A DNA stretch of 64,000 nt from an uncultured Bacteroidales bacterium (GTDB lineage: Bacteria > Bacteroidota > Bacteroidia > Bacteroidales > UBA932), in NCBI GenBank assembly GCA_945868745.1, contig CAMBMK010000002.1:1770-65769 (forward strand), read 5' to 3'. Shown one piece after another: positions 8,398 to 18,892 of the stretch. The notes below the pieces were generated by a model. It searched no databases. It was not told where the DNA came from and saw only the letters and a list, made by a program, of their open reading frames with translations. How positions within the stretch are numbered: position 1 is the first letter of the stretch; every line of letters starts with the position of its first letter. The translations under genes were made by a program, and so were the position numbers.

Positions 8398-10050
8398 ATG
8401 GAATTCACATCATTCAATAAACGGCTCGAGTACAGTTTCAGGAAATACTGGGACCTTGCGGCACTTTCAAATTATCAGGGTGCCACCCTGTTCTACAGGG
8501 ATGTGGCGCGCAGGATTGCCAAGCTTCACATTGCCTTCGAGCAGTGCGGTCTCCAGAAGGGTGACAAGGTCGCAATCTGTTCCCGCAATCAGGCCAACTG
8601 GGGAGTGAGTTTCCTGGCTGCTTTGACCTATGGAGCTGTTCCGGTGCCGATTCTCCACGAGTTCAAGGCGGGCAATATCCATTATCTTGTCAACCATTCC
8701 GAAGCAAGGGTGCTCTTTGTGGACGACACCATCTGGGAAGGACTCAATGCCGACGAGATGCCGGGCCTTTCCGTAATTGTGCAGATCAACAATTTCAAAT
8801 TCCTCTATGCCAAGACCGAGGAGTTTTTCCAGATAAGGGAACATCTCAACGAAAGTTTCGGAAAGAAGTATCCCAACGATTTCGAGCCGGAGGACGTCAA
8901 GTATTATGAAGACTCGCCGGAAGAGCTTGCAATGATCAATTACACTTCGGGTACTTCCGGGTTCTCGAAGGGAGTCATGATTCCATACCGTGCCCTTTCG
9001 TCAAACGTGCAGTTTGCCGCCATCGCCGAGCCCCAGATGCATCAGGGCTCTGAAATCGTGGCCATGCTGCCTTCTGCGCATATGTACGGCATGACGTTCG
9101 AGTTCCTCTTCGAGATGACAATCGGTGCCCATGTCCATTTCCTGTCGCGCCTCCCGAGCCCGAAGGTGATTCTCAACGCCCTTGCCGACATCCATCCGTG
9201 CGTCATCGTCGCCGTGCCTCTCATCATCGAGAAAATATACAAGTCCAAGCTCAAGCCGCTCATCGACAAAAACAAGATCTTCTTCAAGGTGCCGGGCCTC
9301 AACAAGATGGTACAGAAGAAGTTCCTTACTGAGCTCGTCCATACTTTCGGAGACAATTTCGAGGAAATCATCCTCGGCGGGGCCGCATTCAACCCGGAAG
9401 TCGAGGAGTTCTTCCACAGCATCGGTTTCCCATATACCGTGGGCTACGGAATGACCGAATGTGCCCCGATCATCGCCTATTCCCACTGGAACACCGTCAA
9501 GCCGGGCTCCTGCGGCAAGGCCGTGGTCAATATGGAGATCCGCATCGATTCGGATGATCCGGTCAATGTGCCGGGAGAGGTCCAGGTCAGGGGAGCCAAC
9601 GTTTTCCTCGGCTACTACAAAAATGAAGAGGCTACCGCCAATTCATTCACCGATGACGGATGGTTCCGTACGGGGGATATGGGAGTAATCGACAGGGACG
9701 GGTATCTTTTCCTGCGCGGACGCTCCAAGTGTATGATTCTCGGTCCTTCAGGGCAGAACATCTATCCGGAAGAGCTCGAGGCCGTCATCAACAATCTCAC
9801 CTATGTGGTTGATTCGCTTGTGATTGAGGACGAAGGAGGACTTACTGCCCTCATCTATCCTGACTACCATCTCGGAGAGCTCGACGGACTCGACCGCCAC
9901 GGCCTGGAGGAACGCATCAGGGCAGCCCTGCCGGATGTCAATAAATTGATACCTAATTATGCTAAAATCAAAAAGATAGAGTTCCTGCCGGAGGATTTCG
10001 AGAGGACTCCTAAGCGCAGCATCAAACGCTATCTTTACCAGAGAAACTGA
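8398..10050 (+). CDS. Long-chain fatty acid--CoA ligase (AMP-binding)
   Basis: YTSGTSGFSKGV, GYGMTE and GWFRTGD motifs. Confidence 0.93.
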   Translation: MEFTSFNKRLEYSFRKYWDLAALSNYQGATLFYRDVARRIAKLHIAFEQCGLQKGDKVAICSRNQANWGVSFLAALTYGAVPVPILHEFKAGNIHYLVNHSEARVLFVDDTIWEGLNADEMPGLSVIVQINNFKFLYAKTEEFFQIREHLNESFGKKYPNDFEPEDVKYYEDSPEELAMINYTSGTSGFSKGVMIPYRALSSNVQFAAIAEPQMHQGSEIVAMLPSAHMYGMTFEFLFEMTIGAHVHFLSRLPSPKVILNALADIHPCVIVAVPLIIEKIYKSKLKPLIDKNKIFFKVPGLNKMVQKKFLTELVHTFGDNFEEIILGGAAFNPEVEEFFHSIGFPYTVGYGMTECAPIIAYSHWNTVKPGSCGKAVVNMEIRIDSDDPVNVPGEVQVRGANVFLGYYKNEEATANSFTDDGWFRTGDMGVIDRDGYLFLRGRSKCMILGPSGQNIYPEELEAVINNLTYVVDSLVIEDEGGLTALIYPDYHLGELDGLDRHGLEERIRAALPDVNKLIPNYAKIKKIEFLPEDFERTPKRSIKRYLYQRN

Positions 10051-10051
10051 T

Positions 10052-10474
10052 ATGCAGAAATTCGACAAGAGTTATCTCCGGATGGCTTCTGTCTGGGCGC
10101 GCAATTCCTATTGCAAGAGGCGCCAGGTCGGAGCCCTTCTGGTCAAGGACAGGATGATCATTTCGGACGGGTACAACGGTACTCCGTCCGGTTTTGAAAA
10201 CGTCTGTGAAGACGAGACTGGTGCCACCAAGCCGTATGTCCTTCATGCTGAGGCCAATGCCATTTCGAAAATCGCAAAGTCCGGCAACAGCAGCGACGGG
10301 GCAACCCTTTATGTGACGGCCTCGCCGTGCCTGGAATGTTCCAAACTCATCATCCAGGCGGGCATCAGGCGTGTCGTCTATAGGGACGAATACCGGCTCA
10401 CGGACGGGGTTGACCTGCTCCGCCGTGCCGGAATTGAAGTTGAAAGGATAGATGATTTTGAAGATGAACAATAA
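10052..10474 (+). CDS. dCMP deaminase (ComEB family)
   Basis: HAEANAI and SPCLEC zinc motifs; GYNGTPSG. Confidence 0.93.
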   Translation: MQKFDKSYLRMASVWARNSYCKRRQVGALLVKDRMIISDGYNGTPSGFENVCEDETGATKPYVLHAEANAISKIAKSGNSSDGATLYVTASPCLECSKLIIQAGIRRVVYRDEYRLTDGVDLLRRAGIEVERIDDFEDEQ

Positions 10475-12065
10475 TTCCCACAATAAGACTCTTGTGCTGG
10501 CTTCGCTGCTCGGCCTGATAATAGGCGTGCTCCTGAGCCTCATTTCCATGAAGGTATCCTACAACAACAGGATCAAGGCCTCGGCCCAGTCGTGGAGCAA
10601 GCTCAACCTGCTGCTCGGTGCCGTCCAGGACAACTATGTCGATTCGGTGGATGTCAGCCTCCTGACCGATGCGGCTTTGTCGGCAGCCCTTGCAAAGCTC
10701 GACCCCCATTCGGTGTATCTCCCGCCGGCAGACCTCAAGGAGTCCGTCACTGCCCTTGAAGGCAATTTCGACGGCATAGGCATCCAGTTCAATGTGCCCA
10801 ACGACACGGCCATCGTGCTCGAGGTCATTGCCGGAGGCCCTTCCGAGAAGGCCGGACTTCAGGTCGGGGACCGCATACTGAAGGTAGGGGAGCAGGACAT
10901 TGCAGGCGTGAAGTTCCCCCAGGACAGCATGGTCCGCAGGATGAAGGGCCCTGCAGGCACCAGGGTCGGCATTTTGGTGCAGAGGGGAGAGGAGAAGATC
11001 CCGTTTGAAATCACAAGGGGCAAGATTCCTGTCCACAGCGTGGATGCTGCGTTCATGATTGACGACATCACAGGCTATCTGCGTCTTTCAAAGTTTTCCA
11101 GGACTACTTATTCCGAGGTCATGAAGGCCGTTGCGGAGCTGTATGACAAGGGAATGGACCATCTGATTTTCGACCTCAGGGACAATTCCGGAGGTTATCT
11201 GGACCAGGCGCTCAGCCTTTCGGACATGTTCCTCGAGCAGGGGGACGAAATCGTGTCACTCAAGGGGCGCAACCGCAAGAGCGAGGTCTATAAGGCTGAC
11301 GGCAAGGGACTTTATCAGAGGCTTGACCTTTCCGTGCTCATCAACGAGTCGTCTGCCTCTTCGAGCGAAATCTTTGCAGGTGCAATCCAGGACAACGACC
11401 GCGGTGTCATAGTAGGCCGCCGTTCCTTCGGCAAGGGGCTGGTGCAGGAGCCGTTCAACCTTACCGACGGGTCGGGAATCAGGCTCACTGTTGCCCGTTA
11501 CTACACTCCTTCCGGAAGATGTATCCAGAAGCCGTATTCGGATGATTACGGATATGATATCTACCGCCGCTATGCCGAAGGGGAGATGTTTGACCGCGAC
11601 AGCATCAAGATTGACAGCACCAAGGCCTTCAGGACCAGGGCCGGACGCACCGTATATGGCGGCGGAGGCATCATCCCTGACATTTTTGTACCTCTGGACA
11701 CGACAAAGGCCACGAAGTATTACATTGCCTGCAACAAGAAGGCAGTCCAGATGAGGTATGCTTCATCCGTTTTTGACAGGTACCGCTCGCGCCTTACGGA
11801 AATCGATGATTTTGCCGAGCTTGACAGATTCCTGGATTCCATCGACATACCGTCCGGTTTCCGCAGTTTTGCCCGAGCGACTGAGGGGCTTGTGGCCGGA
11901 GAGGGTGAGTGGAAAGAGACCGAGCCGTACATCATTCCGCAGCTCCGTGCGCTGGTGGGACGCTATTCCAAACTCGGCGAGAACGCTTTCTACAAGCTCT
12001 ATCTGCCAGTGGATGACGTTGTCCAGTACGCTCTCAAATCGCCGTCAAAAGTAAAAGACCTGTAG
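10464..12065 (+). CDS. S41 carboxy-terminal processing protease (CtpA/Prc type)
   Basis: LDPHS, PDZ domain, DLRDNSGG, SASSSEI, GKGLVQ. Confidence 0.93.
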   Translation: MNNNSHNKTLVLASLLGLIIGVLLSLISMKVSYNNRIKASAQSWSKLNLLLGAVQDNYVDSVDVSLLTDAALSAALAKLDPHSVYLPPADLKESVTALEGNFDGIGIQFNVPNDTAIVLEVIAGGPSEKAGLQVGDRILKVGEQDIAGVKFPQDSMVRRMKGPAGTRVGILVQRGEEKIPFEITRGKIPVHSVDAAFMIDDITGYLRLSKFSRTTYSEVMKAVAELYDKGMDHLIFDLRDNSGGYLDQALSLSDMFLEQGDEIVSLKGRNRKSEVYKADGKGLYQRLDLSVLINESSASSSEIFAGAIQDNDRGVIVGRRSFGKGLVQEPFNLTDGSGIRLTVARYYTPSGRCIQKPYSDDYGYDIYRRYAEGEMFDRDSIKIDSTKAFRTRAGRTVYGGGGIIPDIFVPLDTTKATKYYIACNKKAVQMRYASSVFDRYRSRLTEIDDFAELDRFLDSIDIPSGFRSFARATEGLVAGEGEWKETEPYIIPQLRALVGRYSKLGENAFYKLYLPVDDVVQYALKSPSKVKDL

Positions 12066-12129
12066 CAGTCCATCTGCTGCAGGCCTTTGAGACTGGCGCT
12101 CCAGTTTTCTTTATTCCGGGCGCATACGA

Positions 12130-12164
12130 AAAATCAGCAGGGGACCCCGAAAGGTCCCCTTGCT
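12130..12164 (-). terminator. Rho-independent terminator of sppA
   Basis: Minus strand AGCAAGGGGACC-TTTCG-GGGTCCCCTGCT followed by TTTTT. Confidence 0.75.
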
Positions 12165-12166
12165 CA

Positions 12167-13954
12167 TTATCTGATTACGACATCGTATTCCATGCGAGCG
12201 AAGTTGTGCTCGCCCTTTTCGAAGGTCCAGCCCCCGAAGGCCTTGCCCACCGACTCGAAAGGAGTGCCTGCAAAGACATCATTGCCGCCTCCATTATTGC
12301 TGCCCAGCATGCTCATGATAGACTCGAATGCTGATGCAGGGCGCGGATATTCGCTGATATTCCATCCGCTGAGGTCGCCGGAGAGGCCGTCGGAAGCCAG
12401 CAATGCAGCATACTTGACTGCGTCCTCCAGCGTGCCGTTCTCGTCTGCAAGGCCCAGCCTGATGGCATCGGCACCGGTCCATACCCTTCCCTGGGCAATT
12501 GAATCCACAAACTCCGGATCAAGGTCGCGGCCTTCTGCAACCAGGCCCACGAATCCGCTGTAGATGGTCTCGATGCTCTTCTGCATATAGGCGGTTTCCC
12601 TGCTGTCAAGCGGTGCCATCATGCTGTACATGTCGCTGTGGCTGCTTGAACCGACAGTGGCGACTCCCACATGGAGCACATCCTTTGCGGTCCTGCTCAG
12701 GTCCGGAATCATGCTGAAGCATCCGATGGAGCCGGTAAGGGTGGTGTTGTCGGTGAAAATCCTGTCGCAACTTGCTGAAATCCAATATCCTCCTGATGCC
12801 GCATATGCGCCGTAGGAAGCGACTACAGGTTTCTTTTCACGAAGAAGGTTTATCTCGGTCCTGATCTTGTCCGAAGCCACCACGCTTCCGCCCGGGGATG
12901 CAACCCTCAGCACAACAGCCTTCACGTTATCGTTTTCCCTCAGCCCCGCAAGCACGGTTGCGAAGGTGTCGCCATAGACATTGGACGCATCCGTACCGTC
13001 CCCGTCGGTGATGTCTCCGCTGGCATATACAACCGCAATCTGCTGTTTGCCGGAAAGGAGGTCCACAGGCACCTTCGCATCGGCATAATCCGCAAACGGG
13101 ATCATTGCGACATCGCTATATTTGTCATACAATCCGAGGGATGAGATTTTTTCCCTCATTTCCTCCTTGGTTACGAGCTCGTCCACAAGCCCGTTGTCCA
13201 GCATGTCCCGGGCATCATTGAGCTCCAGGTTTTCAATCATTTCGCTGAAGCGGGCCACGCTTATGCCGCGGCTTTCCTCCACTGCCGAGGCAATGGTGTT
13301 CCATACAGAGGCGATCATTCCGTTGTACTGCTCGAGATTCTCTGCGCTCGGACTGTTCCTTACATACATTTCTCCTGCAGACTTGTATTTTCCGTGACGG
13401 ATGAGCTGCACGTTGACTCCGAGCCTGTCGAGGAGATCCTTGAGAAAGACCATCTGGCTTCCAACGCCTATGATCATAGGTGTGGCACCCATGTTGGACA
13501 GCATATAGACCTTGTCGGAAACGCTTGCAAGATAATAAGATGCGGTCGTAGGGTTTTCGATGTATGATATCACGGCCTTGCCGCTCTTGCGGAACTCCGC
13601 GAGAGATGCCCTGAGCTCTTCAAACTGGGCTAAGCTTCCGGATGCCCCGTCAGGCTTGAGATAGATGAATTTCACTCCCGGGTCGGCTGCTGCAGCATTG
13701 ATTGCCTGGACTGCCTTCCAGAGGCTTACGGGTTTTGTATTGTTGCCGCTGAACATCGCCATGGTCTGGTCGGTGCTGCGCTCGGTGAGGGCAAATTGGG
13801 AAAGGTCCATCTTGAGGACCCCGGTGCGGGGAATGACCGGCTCCGAAGAGCTCATCAGTCCTCCAACACATGAAAAGAACATCAGGGACGAGAGAATGCT
13901 CGCGATGATCACGCCGACTATTACGGCGAGGGTGGTTTTAAGGAAATCTTTCAT
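12167..13954 (-). CDS. sppA: Signal peptide peptidase SppA (67K type)
   Basis: GKYKSAGE, SPGGS, AASGGYWI, TGSIG and QGRVWTG motifs. Confidence 0.95.
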   Translation of the reverse strand: MKDFLKTTLAVIVGVIIASILSSLMFFSCVGGLMSSSEPVIPRTGVLKMDLSQFALTERSTDQTMAMFSGNNTKPVSLWKAVQAINAAAADPGVKFIYLKPDGASGSLAQFEELRASLAEFRKSGKAVISYIENPTTASYYLASVSDKVYMLSNMGATPMIIGVGSQMVFLKDLLDRLGVNVQLIRHGKYKSAGEMYVRNSPSAENLEQYNGMIASVWNTIASAVEESRGISVARFSEMIENLELNDARDMLDNGLVDELVTKEEMREKISSLGLYDKYSDVAMIPFADYADAKVPVDLLSGKQQIAVVYASGDITDGDGTDASNVYGDTFATVLAGLRENDNVKAVVLRVASPGGSVVASDKIRTEINLLREKKPVVASYGAYAASGGYWISASCDRIFTDNTTLTGSIGCFSMIPDLSRTAKDVLHVGVATVGSSSHSDMYSMMAPLDSRETAYMQKSIETIYSGFVGLVAEGRDLDPEFVDSIAQGRVWTGADAIRLGLADENGTLEDAVKYAALLASDGLSGDLSGWNISEYPRPASAFESIMSMLGSNNGGGNDVFAGTPFESVGKAFGGWTFEKGEHNFARMEYDVVIR

Positions 13955-14033
13955 ACGGTATATTAGATTATCTTGTTGAATATCAGTACATTTAAAAATT
14001 ATTCAAAAAATGAATAAAATATCCATCCGGGAT

Positions 14034-14066
14034 TTTGCTAATGTACAAAAAAAATTTCTAACTTTG
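14034..14066 (+). promoter_or_regulatory. Bacteroidota sigma-A promoter (-33 TTTG, -7 TAACTTTG)
   Basis: TTTG at 14034-14037, 21-nt spacer, TAACTTTG at 14059-14066. Confidence 0.65.
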
Positions 14067-14261
14067 GCGGCAAAGCACTCAGAAGCTGTTTTGAAATGTT
14101 TGCCGCAGTTATTGATAGGGATTTTTCAAGACAGTTTCGATTGCTGAATCGGGAGCATAGCAGAAGTAGCTATGTGACTGATGAAGCAGAAGAAAATGAC
14201 AGGAAAATCACATAAAGAACAAGAGAAAATATTTCAAAACAGCTACTATAATAACACGGCT

Positions 14262-15482
14262 ATGCCATTAACATTTTCAAATCGCGGCTATCGTATGCCG
14301 TCGTCTCCGATCAGAAAACTCACTCCTTATGCAACGGAGGCTAAAAACAGGGGAGTGAAGATATATCATCTGAACATCGGCCAGCCCGACCTGCCTACGC
14401 CGCAGAAGGCTCTCGATGCTCTCAGGAACATTGACCGGAAGACCCTCGAGTACAGTCCGAGCCAGGGCTATCTCTCCCTCAGGGAGCGTCTTGCAGGCTA
14501 TTACGGGAGGTTCGGGGTTTCCCTTTCACCGGACGACATAATTGTCACAACCGGAGGTTCCGAGGCCGTACTGCTGACCTTTATGGCCTGCCTCAATCCG
14601 GGTGATGAAATCATTGTGCCGGAGCCGGCCTATGCCAACTATATGTCTTTCGCGGTGACTGCCGGTGCAGTTGTACGTACCGTTTCCGCAAAGATCGAGG
14701 ACGGGTTCGCCCTTCCGCCGGTGGAGGAAATCGAAAAGCTCATAGGACCGCGCACCAAGGCGATTCTCATCTGCAACCCGAGCAATCCTACCGGATATAT
14801 CTACACCGAGGAGGAAATGGAGAAAATCCGTAAGATTGTGCTCAAGCACGACCTGTTCCTGTTCTCCGATGAGGTGTACAGGGAGTTCAACTTCAGCGGA
14901 AGGCCATATGTGTCCGCCCTTCATCTCAAATCAATAGAGGAGAATGTGGTTCTCATTGACTCTGTTTCCAAGAGGTATTCGGAGTGCGGCATCCGTATCG
15001 GTGCAATCGTCACCCGCAACGCCGAGCTCCGCAGCATAGTGATGAAGTACTGCCAGGCCCGTCTCAGCCCGCCTCTTCTCGGCCAGATTGTGGCCGAGGC
15101 TTCGATTGACGGTACCGAGGATTATGCAAAGGAGTGCTTTGACGAGTACAAGGCACGCAGGGACTTCTTCATTGAAGGGCTCAACAAGATTCCGGGAGTC
15201 TATTCCCCAATGCCTCAGGGCGCATTCTACACGGTAGCATCCCTTCCTGTCGAGGATGCCGAAGATTTCTGCAAATGGTGTCTGACTGATTTTGTCTATA
15301 ATGACGGCACACAGGAAGGCTGTATCGGAGAGACAATCATGATGGCTCCGGCTGCAGGCTTCTATTCTACACCGGGCTCCGGACGCAATCAGGCAAGGCT
15401 CGCATATGTCCTCAAGCAGGAGGACCTTGCACGCGCACTTCTGGTGCTCGAAAAGGCTCTGGAGGCTTACAACGCAAGATAG
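14262..15482 (+). CDS. PLP-dependent aminotransferase class I/II (aspartate aminotransferase-like)
   Basis: LNIGQPD, NPSNPTG, DEVY and SVSKRYSECGIRIG (PLP lysine). Start placed at MPLTFS. Confidence 0.92.
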   Translation: MPLTFSNRGYRMPSSPIRKLTPYATEAKNRGVKIYHLNIGQPDLPTPQKALDALRNIDRKTLEYSPSQGYLSLRERLAGYYGRFGVSLSPDDIIVTTGGSEAVLLTFMACLNPGDEIIVPEPAYANYMSFAVTAGAVVRTVSAKIEDGFALPPVEEIEKLIGPRTKAILICNPSNPTGYIYTEEEMEKIRKIVLKHDLFLFSDEVYREFNFSGRPYVSALHLKSIEENVVLIDSVSKRYSECGIRIGAIVTRNAELRSIVMKYCQARLSPPLLGQIVAEASIDGTEDYAKECFDEYKARRDFFIEGLNKIPGVYSPMPQGAFYTVASLPVEDAEDFCKWCLTDFVYNDGTQEGCIGETIMMAPAAGFYSTPGSGRNQARLAYVLKQEDLARALLVLEKALEAYNAR

Positions 15483-15506
15483 GCAGGGTACCCTGTATAT
15501 TAATGA

Positions 15507-15540
15507 TTATAGCGCAGCGGGTTTTCCTACTGCGCTATAA
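15507..15540. terminator. Hairpin between convergent genes, overlapping the stop of the TonB-like gene
   Basis: TTATAGCGCAG/CTGCGCTATAA inverted repeat. Confidence 0.5.
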
Positions 15541-16273
15541 ACATATATACTATGTCACCTGTCTGGCGGGGAGGTGCCTTGGGGTCGCTCGAGAACCGGG
15601 ACATCCGGGCCGCCCTGACTGCAAATTCCCTCAGGCATCTGTCTGTGGATGATACTCCCTCCTGCACCTTTGCATTGACAACCCTTCCGGAATTGTCAAC
15701 GGTGATGATGACGGTCACCATGCCGCCGCCGTAGCACCTGTAGGCCGGAATCGGCAGGCTGCTTGCCTTGCGCCCGTCCAGAGTGTATGACACCACTGAC
15801 GGTCCTGAGTATTCCGCCTGTTTCTTTTCCGACGGTTTGGTGGATTTGTTGTTCACTTCCACATAACTGTCGTCCGGCTCGTCTGCCTCCACACCGTCCC
15901 GAAGGTCCTTTGCGAGCCTTTCTGCATCTTTGTACAGCTGGTCGGCATCAGTCCCGCGGTCATCCTTGAGCGCGGACCTGTTGACTGCGACATTCCTGTA
16001 TTGCGATGCGTCATTGCCGGCTATCATCTCCTCAAGCTTGCGCGAAATCTCCTCGTCCCACGCAGCCTCTTCCTCCTGCCTCTTTTCTTCGAGCATCCTG
16101 CGCTCCAGGGCTTCCTCGCGGCTGAAATCAATGACAAAGCTGTTCTCCCTGCCGAGACTTGCACCGATGCGCCCGGCCAGAAGAACGATAATCACCGCCA
16201 GATGAACTATGACGGTGATGTACAATCCTGCTTTGTCTTCGCTCTGGAGCTTTTTCATCCTATTTGTGGACAA
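15527..16273 (-). CDS. TonB C-terminal domain protein (energy transducer)
   Basis: TM helix containing TVIVH; C-terminal GMVTVIITVDNSGRVVNA fold. Confidence 0.8.
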   Translation of the reverse strand: MSTNRMKKLQSEDKAGLYITVIVHLAVIIVLLAGRIGASLGRENSFVIDFSREEALERRMLEEKRQEEEAAWDEEISRKLEEMIAGNDASQYRNVAVNRSALKDDRGTDADQLYKDAERLAKDLRDGVEADEPDDSYVEVNNKSTKPSEKKQAEYSGPSVVSYTLDGRKASSLPIPAYRCYGGGMVTVIITVDNSGRVVNAKVQEGVSSTDRCLREFAVRAARMSRFSSDPKAPPRQTGDIVYMFIAQ

Positions 16274-16874
16274 GTGCCTTGTCTATCGTGGCTGCAATGA
16301 TGTCGATTGCGACTTTGTTGTGTCCGCCCTGTGGGATGATGATGTCGGCGTACCGCTTGCTCGGCTCGATGAACTGCAGGTGCATAGGTTTCACAGTGTC
16401 GCAGTAGTGCTCTATCGCCGTATCCACTGTCCTGCCGCGCTCGGCTATGTCCCTCATTATGATCCGCATCAGGCGGTCGTCATCATCAGCGTCAACGAAA
16501 ATCTTGATATCCATCTGCTTGAGAAGCTCCTTGCAGGTGAAGATCAGAATGCCCTCGACAATTATCACCTCAGCCGGCTCCACCGTCACTGTCTCGGTCT
16601 TTGACCTTGAACAGGTGATGTATGAATAGACAGGCTGCTCGATGGTGCGGCCTTCCTTGAGTTCCTTCAGATGACGGCTCAGCAGCTCGAAATCAATCGC
16701 TTCCGGATGGTCGAAATTGATTTTCTGCCTGTCCTCCGGCGAAAGGTGGCTGGAATCCTTGTAATAGGAATCCTGCGGAATCACGACAACTCTTCCGGAA
16801 AGTTGTTTGGTAATGGCTTTTACTACTGTGGTCTTTCCCGAACCGGAACCACCTGCAATCCCTATTACAAGCAT
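16260..16874 (-). CDS. udk: Uridine kinase
   Basis: GIAGGSGSGKTT, NFDHP and FIEPSKRYADIIIP motifs. Confidence 0.96.
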   Translation of the reverse strand: MLVIGIAGGSGSGKTTVVKAITKQLSGRVVVIPQDSYYKDSSHLSPEDRQKINFDHPEAIDFELLSRHLKELKEGRTIEQPVYSYITCSRSKTETVTVEPAEVIIVEGILIFTCKELLKQMDIKIFVDADDDDRLMRIIMRDIAERGRTVDTAIEHYCDTVKPMHLQFIEPSKRYADIIIPQGGHNKVAIDIIAATIDKALVHK

Positions 16875-16885
16875 AATCCAATCTT

Positions 16886-18292
16886 TTAAAATTCAGCGTT
16901 CTTTGGTGTCCTTGGGAACGGTATCACGTCCCTGATGTTGCTCATTCCGGTCACAAACAGCAGAAGCCTTTCAAATCCGAGGCCGAATCCGCTGTGAGGC
17001 ACCGTACCGAAACGTCTTGTGTCGATATACCATTCGAGGTTCTTCCTGCTCATGCCGAGCTCGGAGATCCTGCCCTCGAGCTTTTCGAGGCTTGACTCCC
17101 TCTCGGAACCGCCGATGATTTCACCGATCTTAGGGAAAAGCACATCCATTGCGCGGACAGTCTTGCCGTTGTCATCCTGCTTCATGTAGAATGCCTTGAT
17201 TTCCTTCGGGTAACCGGTGAGGATGACAGGCTTCTGGAAATGTTTCTCGACGAGATACCTTTCGTGTTCGCTCTGGAGGTCAACTCCCCAATATACAGGG
17301 TATTCAAACTGCACCCCGTTCTTTACCGCCTCCTCGAGGATGCGGATTCCTTCGGTGTATTCGAGTCTCACAAACTCGGTACCGGTCACGCTGCGGAGTC
17401 TCCCGATGAGCCCGTCGTCGTATTTGTCGTTGAGGAACCTGATGTCGTCCATGCAGTTCTCGAGAGCATAGCTTACGAGGTACTTGATGAATTCCTCGGC
17501 AAGGTCCATATTGTCCTTGATGTCGTAGAAGGCCATTTCCGGCTCAACCATCCAGAATTCCGCAAGGTGGCGCGGAGTGTTGGAGTTCTCTGCCCTGAAA
17601 GTAGGTCCGAAGGTGTAGATCTCGCCAACTGCGGTTGCTCCGAGCTCACCCTCGAGCTGGCCGCTCACGGTAAGGCTTGTCTGCTTCCCGAAGAAATCGG
17701 CGTTGTAGTCGATTTCCCCCTTCTTGTTCTTTGGAAGCGGTTTGTCAAGGTCCAGTGTCGTCACCTGGAACATCTGGCCTGCTCCTTCGCAGTCAGACTC
17801 TGTGATGATAGGGGTGTGGAGATACACAAATCCCTTCTGCTGGAAGAATGTATGGATTGCATATGCCATGGCATTCCTTACCCTAAGCACAGCGCCGAAG
17901 GTGTTGGTCCTCATCCTCATGTGGGCCACGGTCCTGAGGTATTCGAGGGAGGTGTCCTTCTTCTGGAGAGGGTAGCGCATCGGATCGCACTCTCCGTAGA
18001 TCTCAATTTCGCTTGCCTGTATCTCGACAGCCTGTCCGCTTCCGGTTGAAGCCACCAGCTGGCCTCTCACGCAAAGGCTCGCCCCGGTGGAAATCCTTTT
18101 GAAAAGGTCTTCCGGGAAGTTGGAGGCATCTGCAACAATCTGAATATTGTTAATGGTGGAACCGTCATTGAGGGCGATGAATTTTACCTGTTTGTTACCC
18201 CTCTTTGTCCTCACCCATCCTTTTGCGAGGACTTCCTGACCCGGCTCCATCTTGAGCAGGTCCTTGACTTTTGTTCTGACGAGTGTACTCAT
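16886..18292 (-). CDS. asnS: Asparagine--tRNA ligase
   Basis: [24 protein letters not shown] and GFGLGFER motifs. Confidence 0.97.
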   Translation of the reverse strand: MSTLVRTKVKDLLKMEPGQEVLAKGWVRTKRGNKQVKFIALNDGSTINNIQIVADASNFPEDLFKRISTGASLCVRGQLVASTGSGQAVEIQASEIEIYGECDPMRYPLQKKDTSLEYLRTVAHMRMRTNTFGAVLRVRNAMAYAIHTFFQQKGFVYLHTPIITESDCEGAGQMFQVTTLDLDKPLPKNKKGEIDYNADFFGKQTSLTVSGQLEGELGATAVGEIYTFGPTFRAENSNTPRHLAEFWMVEPEMAFYDIKDNMDLAEEFIKYLVSYALENCMDDIRFLNDKYDDGLIGRLRSVTGTEFVRLEYTEGIRILEEAVKNGVQFEYPVYWGVDLQSEHERYLVEKHFQKPVILTGYPKEIKAFYMKQDDNGKTVRAMDVLFPKIGEIIGGSERESSLEKLEGRISELGMSRKNLEWYIDTRRFGTVPHSGFGLGFERLLLFVTGMSNIRDVIPFPRTPKNAEF

Positions 18293-18357
18293 TTTTGTCT
18301 TTGATTCAAATTATACAAAGATACATATTTTAGCAATAAATTATCAATGGATGTCCA

Positions 18358-18392
18358 CAAAAAAGGCAGTCCCGGTTGCGGAACTGCCTCTT
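18358..18392 (-). terminator. Rho-independent terminator of the exbB-exbD operon
   Basis: Minus strand AGGCAGTTCCG-CAAC-CGGGACTGCCT followed by TTTTT. Confidence 0.8.
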
Positions 18393-18411
18393 CAAGTATA
18401 AGTGTCAGAGT

Positions 18412-18879
18412 TTACTCTGCTTTTCTTGCCTGGTACATGATCTTAAGTGCGGAGCAGCGTCTGAGCTCCTGCTTAACATCAGTCACAATACCCATACGTA
18501 CGTCCTGGTCTGCTTTGATGACGGTTGTCATAAACTGACGGTCGCCCTCGCTCATTGCATCACGCTCTGCAGCGATGAAGTCACGGATGTCGTCAACAGT
18601 CTTGAAAGAGTCGTTGAGCTGGATACGTGCATCGGTACCGTACTGGGCCTGATAGGTCCTGGTAGGAGGGCCGATGTTGATGTAGGATGAAAGGTCCTTG
18701 CGCTCGAGCTTTACAATTTCTGTAGCCTGAGGAAGGGTAACCTTCACCTTGTTTTCCGTATCACGCATCTGTGTTGTCACCATAAAGAAGAACAGGAGCA
18801 TGAACACGATATCGGAAAGAGAGGACGACGTAATTGGAGGTACGTCCTTCTTATTGTTGCTGTTACCGAATTTTGACAT
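18412..18879 (-). CDS. exbD: Biopolymer transporter ExbD
   Basis: SLSDIVFMLLFFFMVTT and IKAD motifs. Confidence 0.92.
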   Translation of the reverse strand: MSKFGNSNNKKDVPPITSSSLSDIVFMLLFFFMVTTQMRDTENKVKVTLPQATEIVKLERKDLSSYINIGPPTRTYQAQYGTDARIQLNDSFKTVDDIRDFIAAERDAMSEGDRQFMTTVIKADQDVRMGIVTDVKQELRRCSALKIMYQARKAE

Positions 18880-18892
18880 TTCTTATCCTCCT

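Noticed and set aside
10052-10474. dCMP deaminase as an anti-phage nucleotide-depletion enzyme
   Set aside because: It is a short ComEB-type protein with no kinase domain, in its usual operon with the S41 protease.
14181-14261. 27-aa N-terminal extension of the aminotransferase
   Set aside because: The stretch is A-rich and leader-like, and family similarity begins at MPLTFS (14262).
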